NCBI GenBank assembly: GCA_049363815.1
Contig: JBMQEM010000112.1
Coordinates: forward strand, 100-64,099
Length of the DNA: 64,000 nt
Direction of reading: 5' to 3'
DNA from: Bacteroidota bacterium
Lineage (GTDB): Bacteria > Bacteroidota > Bacteroidia > AKYH767-A > 2013-40CM-41-45
In this document: in pieces, positions 18,687 to 28,050 of the stretch
How the letters are laid out: the number at the start of each line of letters is the position of its first letter
How positions within the stretch are numbered: position 1 is the stretch's first letter
Made by a program: the position numbers and the translations under genes
Notes under the pieces: model-generated
The model's input: only the letters and a program-made list of their open reading frames with translations
Database searches by the model: none
Told to the model about the DNA's origin: nothing

Positions 18687-18700
18687 TTGAAAAATGTCAA
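18687..18700. promoter_or_regulatory. FNR/FixK-type box TTGA-N6-TCAA
   Basis: TTGAAAAATGTCAA lies about 104 nt upstream of the ccoS start, in the ccoI-ccoS intergenic gap. Confidence 0.45.
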
Positions 18701-18738
18701 TAAAACTACTTGTTTCAGGACATTTGCGCTTGAAAAAA

Positions 18739-21138
18739 TCAGCTCTTGTTCCTTCCGACCCATTTGGATAAGAGTGTAGTAAATGATATGATCGTTACAC
18801 TACTGACAGGCATGAGGATAGCAGCGAAAAGAGGGCTTAACTCGCCTCTTACAGCAAAGTAAAGTCCGAATGCATTATAGATAAGAGCAATGATAAAGCT
18901 TCCATAGATTATTTTTTTACTTGCTTTGGAAACATTCAGGATATTTCGAAGACTGCTTAATTTGCCGGCATCAATGATTGCATCGCATGCGGGAGAAAAA
19001 TTATTGATATTGTCTGAAACTGAAATTCCAACATCAGCCTGACGAAGTGCGCCTGCATCATTCAAACCATCACCGATCATCAGAACATTCTTCCCTTGTT
19101 TCTGAAGTCCCTGTATGAAATTGAGTTTATCGGAAGGAGATTGTTCAAATAAGATCGTACTATCTTCTCCACAAAGTTTCTCCAGCTTATCTTTCTCGCC
19201 GGAGTGATCACCGGAAATTACATAGAGTGAATACTTTTCTTTTCTCAGTGAGGAGATCATATTCTCTATGCCTGTTCGGTAGACATTTCTGAATGAGAAA
19301 TATCCGATATAGTTATCAGAGATTGAAATGTGAACCTGCGTATCAGCACTCAAAGAAGGTTCTCCTTTTATAAATGAGGAAGATCCGATCCTGATCTTCA
19401 TGCCATCGACTACAACCTGAAATCCTTTACCGCTGAATTCGGTATAATCAAAAACCTTTGCCCTGCTTTCACCTTTTGTTTGTTCATAGATCATTCTGCT
19501 TAATGGATGATATGAATGGAAAGTTGCCGATGCAATGAGATATCTGTTCGAAGAACTAAGCTGCCCATGAAAAATAACATCCGAACGGTCATTTGTAGTA
19601 AGAGTTCCTGTTTTATCAAATACAATTGAATCTGCCTTTGCAAGTTTTTCGATAACTGCATAGTTCTTCAGATAGAATTTATTTTTTCCAAATATTCTGA
19701 GAATATTCCCAAGTGTGAACGGAGAAGAAATTGCTAAAGCACAAGGACAGGCAATGATCAGCACAGCAGTAAAGGCATTCCATCCGACTTCAGGAAGTCC
19801 AAGAATGATCCAGTAGGCCAGAGAGACCAGAGCAATTCCAAGGATAACAATCGTAAAATAATGACTGATCCTGTTTACCAATTGCTGAAAACCGGATTGC
19901 GTTTGCTTTTTTACATAGGCGTCATTATTCCATAGCTGAGTAAGGTAACTTTGTTCAACCTGCTTGACCACTTCCATTTCAATTGCGGGGCCTCTCTGCT
20001 TACCACCGGCATACAATAACTCGCCTGCTTTTTTATAGACAGCTGTACTTTCACCGGTAACAAAACTGTAATCAATTGCTGCTTCACCTTTAATAAGTAT
20101 GGAATCAGCAGGAATCAGCTCTTCGTTCCTTATGATGATCCTTTCACCCACTTTGATCTCAGAAACCGGAATGGAAGTTTCAGCACCTCCTTTTTTTATC
20201 ATGACAGAAATAGGGAAAAACGATTTATAATCCCTGTCGAAAGAAAGTGTGTCGTAAGTTTTATTCTGAAACTGGCGTCCGATAAGCATAAAGAAGGTCA
20301 GACCTGCCATGGTATCCATATAACCTGCCCCGGTAGCGGAGATGATCTCATAACTGCTTCGAACGAACATGATAAAAATACCTAATGCAATTGGCACATC
20401 GATATTCAGGAATTTTTGTTTGAGACTCTGAAAAGCAAAACGAAAGAATGGAGCACTGCAATAAAACAGCACAGGTAATGACAAAATTAAATTCAGGTAA
20501 TTGAAGACATTGCCGTAATGTTTTTCAGCGGAATCTGCTAAGGAAAAATACTCTGGAAAACTAAAGAGCATAATATTACCAAAACAAAATCCGGCTACTC
20601 CTATTCTGTAAACTGCAGTTCTGTCTTTCTTTACTTTTTTACCTTTTTCAAGATCGTCCAGATTGATCTGCGGTTCATATCCAATAGTTGAAAGAAGTTC
20701 TACCAGTTTTCTTAAGGAATAAGTATTTTCCTTGTAAAAAACCTGTACTTCTTTCCTCATAAAATCCACCCTTGAGCGTAAAATTGAATCATTGATCCTG
20801 TTGAGATTCTCAAGAAGCCAGATACAACTGCTGCAATGCATCTGCGGTATGAAAAATGTTAGTGATGCAGTATTTCCATCTGAGAATTGAAGTAATTTCC
20901 CTTTTACATTTGCGTCGTCAAGATATGCAAAACGTTTATCAGCGCTATTTTTCGCCGGAGAGATCCCGGGAGTCTCATTAAAATTATAATAGGTACAAAG
21001 ATTATTTTCATTCAGGATCTCAAAAACCAGCTTACAACCTTCGCAACAGAAATGTTTGTCATTTACTAAAATGACCTCATCGACACAAGGTTCGCCACAG
21101 TGATAACACTTGATTTCAGTTTCAACTATTTTTTGCAT
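18739..21138 (-). CDS. ccoI: heavy-metal (copper) translocating P1B-type ATPase, CcoI/FixI-like
   Basis: N-terminal CYHCGEPC/CCEGC metal-binding domain; CPC motif (IIACPCALAISSP); DKTGTLT phosphorylation site; GDGLNDAGAL hinge. Confidence 0.92.
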   Translation of the reverse strand: MQKIVETEIKCYHCGEPCVDEVILVNDKHFCCEGCKLVFEILNENNLCTYYNFNETPGISPAKNSADKRFAYLDDANVKGKLLQFSDGNTASLTFFIPQMHCSSCIWLLENLNRINDSILRSRVDFMRKEVQVFYKENTYSLRKLVELLSTIGYEPQINLDDLEKGKKVKKDRTAVYRIGVAGFCFGNIMLFSFPEYFSLADSAEKHYGNVFNYLNLILSLPVLFYCSAPFFRFAFQSLKQKFLNIDVPIALGIFIMFVRSSYEIISATGAGYMDTMAGLTFFMLIGRQFQNKTYDTLSFDRDYKSFFPISVMIKKGGAETSIPVSEIKVGERIIIRNEELIPADSILIKGEAAIDYSFVTGESTAVYKKAGELLYAGGKQRGPAIEMEVVKQVEQSYLTQLWNNDAYVKKQTQSGFQQLVNRISHYFTIVILGIALVSLAYWIILGLPEVGWNAFTAVLIIACPCALAISSPFTLGNILRIFGKNKFYLKNYAVIEKLAKADSIVFDKTGTLTTNDRSDVIFHGQLSSSNRYLIASATFHSYHPLSRMIYEQTKGESRAKVFDYTEFSGKGFQVVVDGMKIRIGSSSFIKGEPSLSADTQVHISISDNYIGYFSFRNVYRTGIENMISSLRKEKYSLYVISGDHSGEKDKLEKLCGEDSTILFEQSPSDKLNFIQGLQKQGKNVLMIGDGLNDAGALRQADVGISVSDNINNFSPACDAIIDAGKLSSLRNILNVSKASKKIIYGSFIIALIYNAFGLYFAVRGELSPLFAAILMPVSSVTIISFTTLLSKWVGRNKS

Positions 21139-21219
21139 GATCTAATGGTAAGAAACAAAAATCATGTTTTACGTTTCTTTTTTGCATGAGGATGGTCAGG
21201 GAGGGGGGTGATAGAAGTC

Positions 21220-21396
21220 AGGTAATGGGGTTATGGAAAGAGAAAAGTGGAAAGAGAAAAGTGAAAAGAGAAAAGTGGAAAGAGAAAAGAGAAAAGTGGA
21301 AAGTGGAAAGTGGAAAGAGAAAAGTGAAATGAGAAAAATAGTGGGGTTATGGTTGGTGGAGAATGGAAATGAGGAAAGTAATTTTAATAATGAAAG
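21220..21396 (+). repeat. cytosine-free polypurine-rich tract containing a heptad/14-mer tandem array (GTGGAAA / GAGAAAA)
   Basis: There is no C on the + strand from 21220 to 21396. The core 21233-21330 is about 14 consecutive heptads (GTGGAAAGAGAAAA x4-5, GTGGAAA x3). It is flanked by GGGGTTATGG at 21227-21236 and 21344-21353. Confidence 0.9.
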
Positions 21397-21476
21397 CAAT
21401 CGGGGTACATTTTTTTGTGGTAGGCATCAATCTTTCGATTGTATCATTCAGCTTTCACTCTTCATTTTTTATTTTT

Positions 21477-22574
21477 TTAAAAAGCTTCTTTAAGAATAAC
21501 ATACACCCCACTCCTGCCTTCTCCAATACCATAATCGATGCGAAGGTTGAGTTTTTCTTTTTCCTGTACCATCAGGCGTAATCCTCCTCCATATGAAAAA
21601 TGCATTCTGTCCCACCGAAGATCATTAAAAGAATTTGAAACCTGGCCACTACCGGCAAAAGCTACTATACCGATTCTCCAGAATAAGTACTGCCGGATCT
21701 CAGCCTGAGTTGTAAACATATTTTTATCTGAATAGCGGCCTTTGTAAAACCCGCGCATCATCTCTGAGCCACCGAGCATTGATAAATTCCGGATCGGAAC
21801 CTCACCGGCGTTTGCTTTACCGTATAGTTGTACTGCCAGAACACGGTTAACCCCAATGCGGTAAAATTTCTTCAACTCGAGCGAGTAATAGGTAAAGTTG
21901 AAATCACTGCCAAACTTACTGTCGAATCTGGTCAAATTGAATTCGACAAATCCGCCTTTACTGGGAGAGTAAGCATTATTACGGGTATCAAGGGTGACAA
22001 GAAAACCTAAACCTGATGCTGAGCCGCCGTTGCGTCCAACGATTTCCTGCGCATCAAAAACTCCTCCCGGAGTATAATTGAAATCACTTACACTTTGGTA
22101 TTCCGCATTTCCACCGATATATAATTTCTTGTATAGTCTTGCCAGAAATTGAGGATTAAAATAAAATTGCTTGATGCTATATTTTTCTTCACTACTGTAT
22201 TTTGTAGCATTGCCGATTCCCCAGAATTTATCAGGATAATAACTATAGGAACTCTGCCATCTGAAAATATAATTCTCCTTTGGAAAATAAACAGTTGAAC
22301 CGAGCACAACCACTAATTGTTTTTTCAAAGTATAGAGTGAAATCAAATTCACATCGGAAGTCCTGATATCTTTGTCATCAAGTTTTGCCTTGAAAAAATA
22401 TGCAGAAGCCAATCCGAATCCCCAGCTGGTTTCAGGAGAACGCAAGACAAAAGGAAATGCAAGGAACTTGGAGTTCTGACCTTTGGCCAGCGTATCATCG
22501 GGTACAGTCTCCCCTGCCTTTGCAATAAAAGCACAAGTTACTGACAATAATATAGTTACGAGTATATTCCGCAT
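21477..22574 (-). CDS. Omp85/BamA-family (bacterial surface antigen) outer-membrane protein
   Basis: Signal peptide; GGSEMMRGF and GGGLRL motifs; C-terminal aromatic residue (..LKEAF). Confidence 0.7.
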   Translation of the reverse strand: MRNILVTILLSVTCAFIAKAGETVPDDTLAKGQNSKFLAFPFVLRSPETSWGFGLASAYFFKAKLDDKDIRTSDVNLISLYTLKKQLVVVLGSTVYFPKENYIFRWQSSYSYYPDKFWGIGNATKYSSEEKYSIKQFYFNPQFLARLYKKLYIGGNAEYQSVSDFNYTPGGVFDAQEIVGRNGGSASGLGFLVTLDTRNNAYSPSKGGFVEFNLTRFDSKFGSDFNFTYYSLELKKFYRIGVNRVLAVQLYGKANAGEVPIRNLSMLGGSEMMRGFYKGRYSDKNMFTTQAEIRQYLFWRIGIVAFAGSGQVSNSFNDLRWDRMHFSYGGGLRLMVQEKEKLNLRIDYGIGEGRSGVYVILKEAF

Positions 22575-22641
22575 AAAGGATGCGCAATATACAAAATACT
22601 GAATTTCAAGGAAATTGAATACTGATAAAGGTTGTTTCTGA

Positions 22642-23997
22642 CTAAACCGTCGTACTGAAAATAATTGTATCGGGTTGTTTTCTCAGGAGAAGCAAATCGA
22701 AAGTCATGCAAATATTTCTCAGAAATGCGCGGCCTTTTTCAGTCACATGAAGATGAAAAGGAGTCAGGACAACGAATTCATCTTTTTCAAGTTCAACCAG
22801 AGATTTGGACACCCGATCCAATTCTTCAAACTGCATAGAAGGATCTGACCAATCAGTTTCGAAGTTGCACATGATATTCAAAATATGTTTTCTGATGATG
22901 AGATCTTCTGCTGTAAGAAGGTGTCCTTTGAAAATCGGAAAGCGATCTTCTGCAAGTAATTCATAATAGGACTCAATTGTTTTTACATTCTGTGCAAATG
23001 CCGTCCATGAATCACTGATTGAAGAAACTCCAAGGCCGATCATTAATTGATTTCTACCTGAAGAAGTGTAGCCCATGAAATTTCTATGCAGATTGCCTTC
23101 AAGCATAGAAGTATATAAAGAATCCTTTTCAAGAGCGAAATGATCCATTCCGATTTCTTTATAACCACATTCTTCAAGCATCCGCCTGCCGGTTTCATAG
23201 AGCAAACTTTTCTCTATACCAACGGGCAGATCCATTTCTGTAAAACTTCTTTGTCCGGGTTTGATCCAGGGTACATGTGCATAACTGTAAAAGGCGATTC
23301 GGTCAGGGTTCAGAACTTTTACTTTTTCGATCGTATCGGTTACACTGGAAATCGTTTGTTTAGGTAAGCCATAAATGAGATCATAATTGACAGAAGTGTA
23401 ACCAATAGTTTTCGCTTTAGCGGTAATTTCTTTTACCTTCTCAAATGATTGTTTCCGGTTGATCACACGTTGTACTTCCGGGTCAAAATCCTGGATTCCG
23501 AAAGAGACTCTTCTGAAGCCCCAATCAAATAATAGCTGCAGATGTTCTTGGTCGGTATTATTCGGATGAGCTTCAAAACTGCATTCAATATCAGGATCTC
23601 TTTCAGCCAAAGAAAAAATCCCATTCAACATTCTGTCGAGGTTTTCTGCAGAGAAAAAAGTTGGTGTACCACCACCAAGATGGATCTCTTTGATGAGAGG
23701 AATTTTATCCATTTTGTCAACATACATTTTCCATTCTTTGAGTAAAGCGGTAATGTATGGAGTTTCAACGGCATGATTTACGGTTATCCGGGTATTGCAA
23801 CCACAATACGTACAGAGGCTTTCACAAAAAGGCAAATGAATATAGAGACTCATCGAACGATCAGTTTCCATTTGCTTATTTATACAATTGAGCCATTGAA
23901 TTTCAGTTGGCGAATTGCTCCAGAAAGGAACAGTAGGATAACTGGTGTATCTTGGTCCGGCGACATTGTATTTCCTGATAAGTTCTGATCCGGGCAT
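22642..23997 (-). CDS. hemN: oxygen-independent coproporphyrinogen III oxidase (radical SAM)
   Basis: YIHLPFCESLCTYCGC radical-SAM motif, GGGTPT, and a HemN C-terminal domain. Confidence 0.9.
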   Translation of the reverse strand: MPGSELIRKYNVAGPRYTSYPTVPFWSNSPTEIQWLNCINKQMETDRSMSLYIHLPFCESLCTYCGCNTRITVNHAVETPYITALLKEWKMYVDKMDKIPLIKEIHLGGGTPTFFSAENLDRMLNGIFSLAERDPDIECSFEAHPNNTDQEHLQLLFDWGFRRVSFGIQDFDPEVQRVINRKQSFEKVKEITAKAKTIGYTSVNYDLIYGLPKQTISSVTDTIEKVKVLNPDRIAFYSYAHVPWIKPGQRSFTEMDLPVGIEKSLLYETGRRMLEECGYKEIGMDHFALEKDSLYTSMLEGNLHRNFMGYTSSGRNQLMIGLGVSSISDSWTAFAQNVKTIESYYELLAEDRFPIFKGHLLTAEDLIIRKHILNIMCNFETDWSDPSMQFEELDRVSKSLVELEKDEFVVLTPFHLHVTEKGRAFLRNICMTFDLLLLRKQPDTIIFSTTV

Positions 23998-24043
23998 ATA
24001 TATTATAAATTAAACTTTAACTGATCAATTACTAAAACTGCTC

Positions 24044-24919
24044 TTAAAACAAAGGGGTTCCTGATTGAACGGCAGTATGAAAGACCAATAGCGGAACATA
24101 AGAATGATGATGAAGTTTATTTGTAAGACTTTTGCTAGTTATCAGATCGAAGAAATTTCTCTTCCGTTTAGCAATAGCAAGCCATTCCATTTTATTGCCT
24201 ACAATAAAACTCTCAATAGTATCCTCAACATCATCGCCTTTAAGAATATGATATTTGATATTTTCGTAATTAATGTTTGCACGAACCTGCCCTCTGAAAT
24301 AGGTTAATAGATCGTCCTGACTTTTCATGTCAGAACCATTTCCAACATGAATCAAATGAATCTCTGTACCGAAGGACCTGAGCATTTCTGTTAACAGAAA
24401 AAGGGATTGTAACTCATGATCATCAAAATTGGTGGCAAATGCAACTTTTCCAGGATAAGTATTCGGTGCATTGATCGGAACGGTCAACACCGGACAAGGG
24501 CAATTTGCGATTACTGATCTTGTTACACTTCCAAAAACAACCTGTACCATTCCGGAAGTTCCATTGGAGCCCATTATTACCATATCAATTCCGTCGTTCT
24601 TACATTTCAGGTTGATTTCATTTGCCGGAACTCCAATTGTCGAATTAATGGAAATGGTTAGTTTGGTATACTGACTTAGTAATTCCGCCTTTGCTTTTTC
24701 TAAATGCGCTATTGCATCGTTCTGAAGTGCAGTAACATCCGTGGCAAAAACCATATCGCCACTCGTAACAACTGGCACTACAACCGTATGGAACAAAATA
24801 ATTTCTGACTTCAAGTTGAAAGCTAATGAAGCAGCATAATTCATTGCTCTGACTGAAGTTTCAGAGAAGTCAAGCGGCACTAAAATCTTCTTTAATTGAT
24901 TTGAAATCGGGTCAACCAT
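24044..24919 (-). CDS. tandem universal stress protein (UspA family)
   Basis: Two Usp domains (KKILVPLDFSETS...; MGSNGTSG ATP-binding loop). I prefer the ATG at 24919. Confidence 0.8.
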   Translation of the reverse strand: MVDPISNQLKKILVPLDFSETSVRAMNYAASLAFNLKSEIILFHTVVVPVVTSGDMVFATDVTALQNDAIAHLEKAKAELLSQYTKLTISINSTIGVPANEINLKCKNDGIDMVIMGSNGTSGMVQVVFGSVTRSVIANCPCPVLTVPINAPNTYPGKVAFATNFDDHELQSLFLLTEMLRSFGTEIHLIHVGNGSDMKSQDDLLTYFRGQVRANINYENIKYHILKGDDVEDTIESFIVGNKMEWLAIAKRKRNFFDLITSKSLTNKLHHHSYVPLLVFHTAVQSGTPLF

Positions 24920-25068
24920 TATTAATTCTATTAGAACAACGAAATTACCCACCCTAATTGCTACATTACATGATATTCGTCATATTTGTACAGGATTCAT
25001 AACATATTAAATCAGACATTTGAAATCTAGATTTGGGGTCTTAATTCAATATAAATATTGATAAATTA

Positions 25069-26973
25069 TTGAGGAAGCAAAACAAAATTCAGGTAATTGG
25101 CATTTTTGCCAGTATTGCGCTTTTCGGATTGACACTGATCACTCCGGCGCAATATCATATTGAATTTGTTTATTCATTGATCGTACTACTTACTATATGG
25201 ACACCTGGAAACAGAAGTACATTTGATGTAAGTGTAGTTATGAGTGTACTTATTATGATAGGCTATTTTCTTAATCATAATCTGGAATACTCCAACGATA
25301 ATCTTCCATCATTTATACTTCCGATACTTTTTATCTGGGCCTTTACTTTTGCTATCATTAAATATAAGCAATCTCAGGAAAATCTGATCAGGAGTACGGA
25401 GAACCTGAATGCCATGTTCACACATGCAACAGAAGGGATCATTATAAGTAATGTAAAAGGCGAGATCGTAATGGCAAATCCCCGTTCATGCGAACAGTTT
25501 GGATATGAAAGGGGTAAATTACAAGGTATGCTGATCGAAGATCTCATACCGAAAAAATTCGTTCACAAACACGCAGATCATAGAAAAGGTTATTACAAGG
25601 AACTTCACAATCGTTCTATGGGGCAGGGAATGAATTTATTTGCAAAGAAAAAAGATGGTGAAGAATTTCCTGTTGAGATCAGCTTAAGTTCATTCAGAAA
25701 TAAAAATGAATTGTATGTGATCAGTTTTATAATCGACATTACAAGCAGAAAAAAACAGGAAGACCAGATCAATAAAGCCCAGGAAGAACTGGAATTACGA
25801 GTACTTGACCGGACCAAAGAACTGGAATTAGTAAATAATTCACTTGAGAAAGCGAACCGGAATTTACAGGAAGAAATGATCGAGCGCCGGAAGATCGAAG
25901 AGGCTTTGCGTGATAGTGAGAGATTGTTCAGTACGATTGCCAGGAACTTTCCGGATGGAATTATCTGTGTAACGAACAGAGAGTTCAATATTGTGTTTAT
26001 CGATGGAAAAGCGCTTGACACAATGGGTGTCAGGAGAGACACATTGAAAGGTAAAAAAACCAGTGCTCTGGAAGTCTTCAATTTTAATGAAGCAGATAAA
26101 GCAAAGTTGTTAAAAGTTTTCAATTGGGAAAGCACCCATATAGATGTAAGCCTGAACGACGAACATTATATAATAAATGCTGTTCCGCTTCCTGATGCCA
26201 AAGGATTCATAAAGGAGATCCTGCTGGTACTTCAGAATGTAACTGAAGTAAAGAAAGCTGAAAAAGAAATCCTGCTCTCTCTTGAAAAAGAGAAAGAGCT
26301 TAATGAAATGAAATCGAAATTCGTGTCGATCGCATCACATGAATTCAGGACTCCATTGAGTACAATTTTAACATCGGTCTCACTGATTGGGAAATATGAC
26401 GACAATTCTTTACTAGATAAAAGGAAGAAACACATTGAGCGAATCAAAGGTTCAGTTAAGAACCTTACTGACATCCTGAACGATTTTCTTTCACTTGAGA
26501 AACTGGAAGCCGGTAAAGTTGAGATCCGGTTTGAAACAATAAACTTCCGGCAATTCTGTGAAGAGATCACTGAAGAGATGCAATCGGTTTCCAAGTCAGG
26601 ACAGCAGATCATTCTAAATTATTCAGGAGAACCGGAATTGGTAGCTGATAAAACGCTGTTGCGCCACATTCTGATCAATTTAATAAACAATGCTATTAAA
26701 TACTCCCCTGAAGATTCAAAGGTTGATTTCATGGTTGAGAACGACAATGAGATCAGGATCACGATAACTGATTACGGTATAGGAATACCAAAAGATGATC
26801 AGCAGCATTTGTTCGAACGGTTTTTCAGGGCGGCAAATGTTACTGCAATACAAGGGACAGGGCTGGGACTGAACATTGTCCAGCGCTATGTTAAAAAGTT
26901 AAACGGAACGATCTCCGTAAAGAGCACAGAAAACGAAGGAACTACATTTAAAATAACACTACCAAAGCAATGA
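25069..26973 (+). CDS. membrane-anchored PAS/PAS sensor histidine kinase (FixL-like architecture)
   Basis: N-terminal TM helices and two PAS-like regions. The first contains HKHADHRKGYY...KKDGEEFPVEISLS. Coiled coil, HisKA (SIASHEFRTPL) and HATPase_c (NLINNAIKY, GTGLGL) follow. TTG start. Confidence 0.85.
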   Translation: MRKQNKIQVIGIFASIALFGLTLITPAQYHIEFVYSLIVLLTIWTPGNRSTFDVSVVMSVLIMIGYFLNHNLEYSNDNLPSFILPILFIWAFTFAIIKYKQSQENLIRSTENLNAMFTHATEGIIISNVKGEIVMANPRSCEQFGYERGKLQGMLIEDLIPKKFVHKHADHRKGYYKELHNRSMGQGMNLFAKKKDGEEFPVEISLSSFRNKNELYVISFIIDITSRKKQEDQINKAQEELELRVLDRTKELELVNNSLEKANRNLQEEMIERRKIEEALRDSERLFSTIARNFPDGIICVTNREFNIVFIDGKALDTMGVRRDTLKGKKTSALEVFNFNEADKAKLLKVFNWESTHIDVSLNDEHYIINAVPLPDAKGFIKEILLVLQNVTEVKKAEKEILLSLEKEKELNEMKSKFVSIASHEFRTPLSTILTSVSLIGKYDDNSLLDKRKKHIERIKGSVKNLTDILNDFLSLEKLEAGKVEIRFETINFRQFCEEITEEMQSVSKSGQQIILNYSGEPELVADKTLLRHILINLINNAIKYSPEDSKVDFMVENDNEIRITITDYGIGIPKDDQQHLFERFFRAANVTAIQGTGLGLNIVQRYVKKLNGTISVKSTENEGTTFKITLPKQ

Positions 26974-28034
26974 ATACAGATAAAAAAATTCTCCTGATCG
27001 AAGACAATCAGGAAATGCGTGAGAACACTGCAGAAATTCTTGAACTGGCAAACTATAAGGTAACGACAGCCTCCAATGGCAAAGCGGGAGTTGAAACTGC
27101 GCTGAAAGAAATTCCGGATCTGATCATCTGTGATATCATGATGCCTGACCTGGATGGCTACGGAGTCTTATATTTACTAGGAAAAAATGCTTCGACAGCA
27201 GGAATCCCATTTATCTTTCTTACTGCAAAGACAGAAAAATCCGACCTGAGAAAAGGCATGAGTATGGGAGCAGATGATTATATCACAAAACCATTTGAAG
27301 AAATGGAATTGCTCAATGCTGTAGATACCAGGTTAAAGAGAAATGCTCTTTTCAAGAAGGAGTTCAGTAAGAATGTTGAAGGTCTTGATGAATTCCTTGC
27401 TACGGCTAAAGGATTGGGAGAACTGGAGAAATTATCGAAAGACCGGAAGGTACTTCATTTCAGAAAGAAAGAGATGGTGTACATGGAAGGTGACGAACCT
27501 AATGGAATTGTATTTATCAATAAAGGAAAATTAAAAACATTTAAGACGCATGAAGATGGCAAAGAGCTTATCACCGGCATCCATCAGGAGGGTGAGTTCA
27601 TTGGCTATTCAGACCTTATCGAAAATGCGGAATACAAAGAGTCTGCAGAGACACTTGAAGAATGCGAGATCTCCATTATTCCCCGGACAGATTTTTTTGC
27701 CTTACTTTACAGCAACAGAGATGTTGCAGCAAAATTCATCCGGATGCTTTCCAACAATTTACAGGATACGGAAGAACGATTGATCAATCTGGCTTACAAT
27801 TCAGTTCGTAAAAGAGTTGCTGATGCTTTACTTGTTTTACAGGAGCGTTATCAGAAAAATGGTGAAAAGACTCCATTCTCCGTGAGCAGGGAAGATCTTG
27901 CCAGTATTGTTGGAACAGCAACTGAATCAGTGATACGGACTTTATCAGATTTCAAAGAAGAGAAACTGATAGACATCAGAGAGAAACAGATCTACATTCT
28001 GAATTTTGAAAAACTAAGCAAACTGAAAAATTAA
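26970..28034 (+). CDS. hybrid regulator: receiver (REC) + cNMP-binding-like + Crp/FNR-type HTH
   Basis: REC domain (LIICDIMMPDLDG, TAKT, KPF). Then a CAP effector-like barrel (MVYMEGDEPNGIVFINKGKLK). Then HTH_Crp (SREDLASIVGTATESVIRTLSDFKEEKLI). ATGA overlap with the kinase. Confidence 0.85.
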   Translation: MNTDKKILLIEDNQEMRENTAEILELANYKVTTASNGKAGVETALKEIPDLIICDIMMPDLDGYGVLYLLGKNASTAGIPFIFLTAKTEKSDLRKGMSMGADDYITKPFEEMELLNAVDTRLKRNALFKKEFSKNVEGLDEFLATAKGLGELEKLSKDRKVLHFRKKEMVYMEGDEPNGIVFINKGKLKTFKTHEDGKELITGIHQEGEFIGYSDLIENAEYKESAETLEECEISIIPRTDFFALLYSNRDVAAKFIRMLSNNLQDTEERLINLAYNSVRKRVADALLVLQERYQKNGEKTPFSVSREDLASIVGTATESVIRTLSDFKEEKLIDIREKQIYILNFEKLSKLKN

Positions 28035-28050
28035 GACTATCTTAGATTCC

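Noticed and set aside
21233-21340. Possible CRISPR array (also considered for 46171-46240)
   Set aside because: The units are 7-14 bp and 10 bp and directly abut, with no unique spacers. No cas genes are in the window. These are simple tandem repeats.
21196-21493. ORFs 21196-21399 (-) and 21233-21493 (+) with repetitive FSL-rich or K/E-rich translations
   Set aside because: They are translations of the heptad tandem repeat on both strands. They are low-complexity, have no start context, and one overlaps the 3' end of the OMP gene. I treat them as non-coding repeat.
22605-22619. TTCAA-N5-TTGAA inverted repeat between hemN and the OMP gene
   Set aside because: The arms are 5 bp and AT-rich, with half-site orientation and spacing different from FNR/Crp boxes. 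Evidence is insufficient.
25023-25061. Palindromes AAATCTAGATTT (25023-25034) and TCAATAT-AA-ATATTGA (25046-25061) in the usp/kinase divergent region
   Set aside because: They are perfect, but short and extremely AT-rich in an AT-rich spacer, so chance occurrence is plausible. They do not match the TTGA-N6-TCAA box. I record them as possible operators only and do not call them as features.
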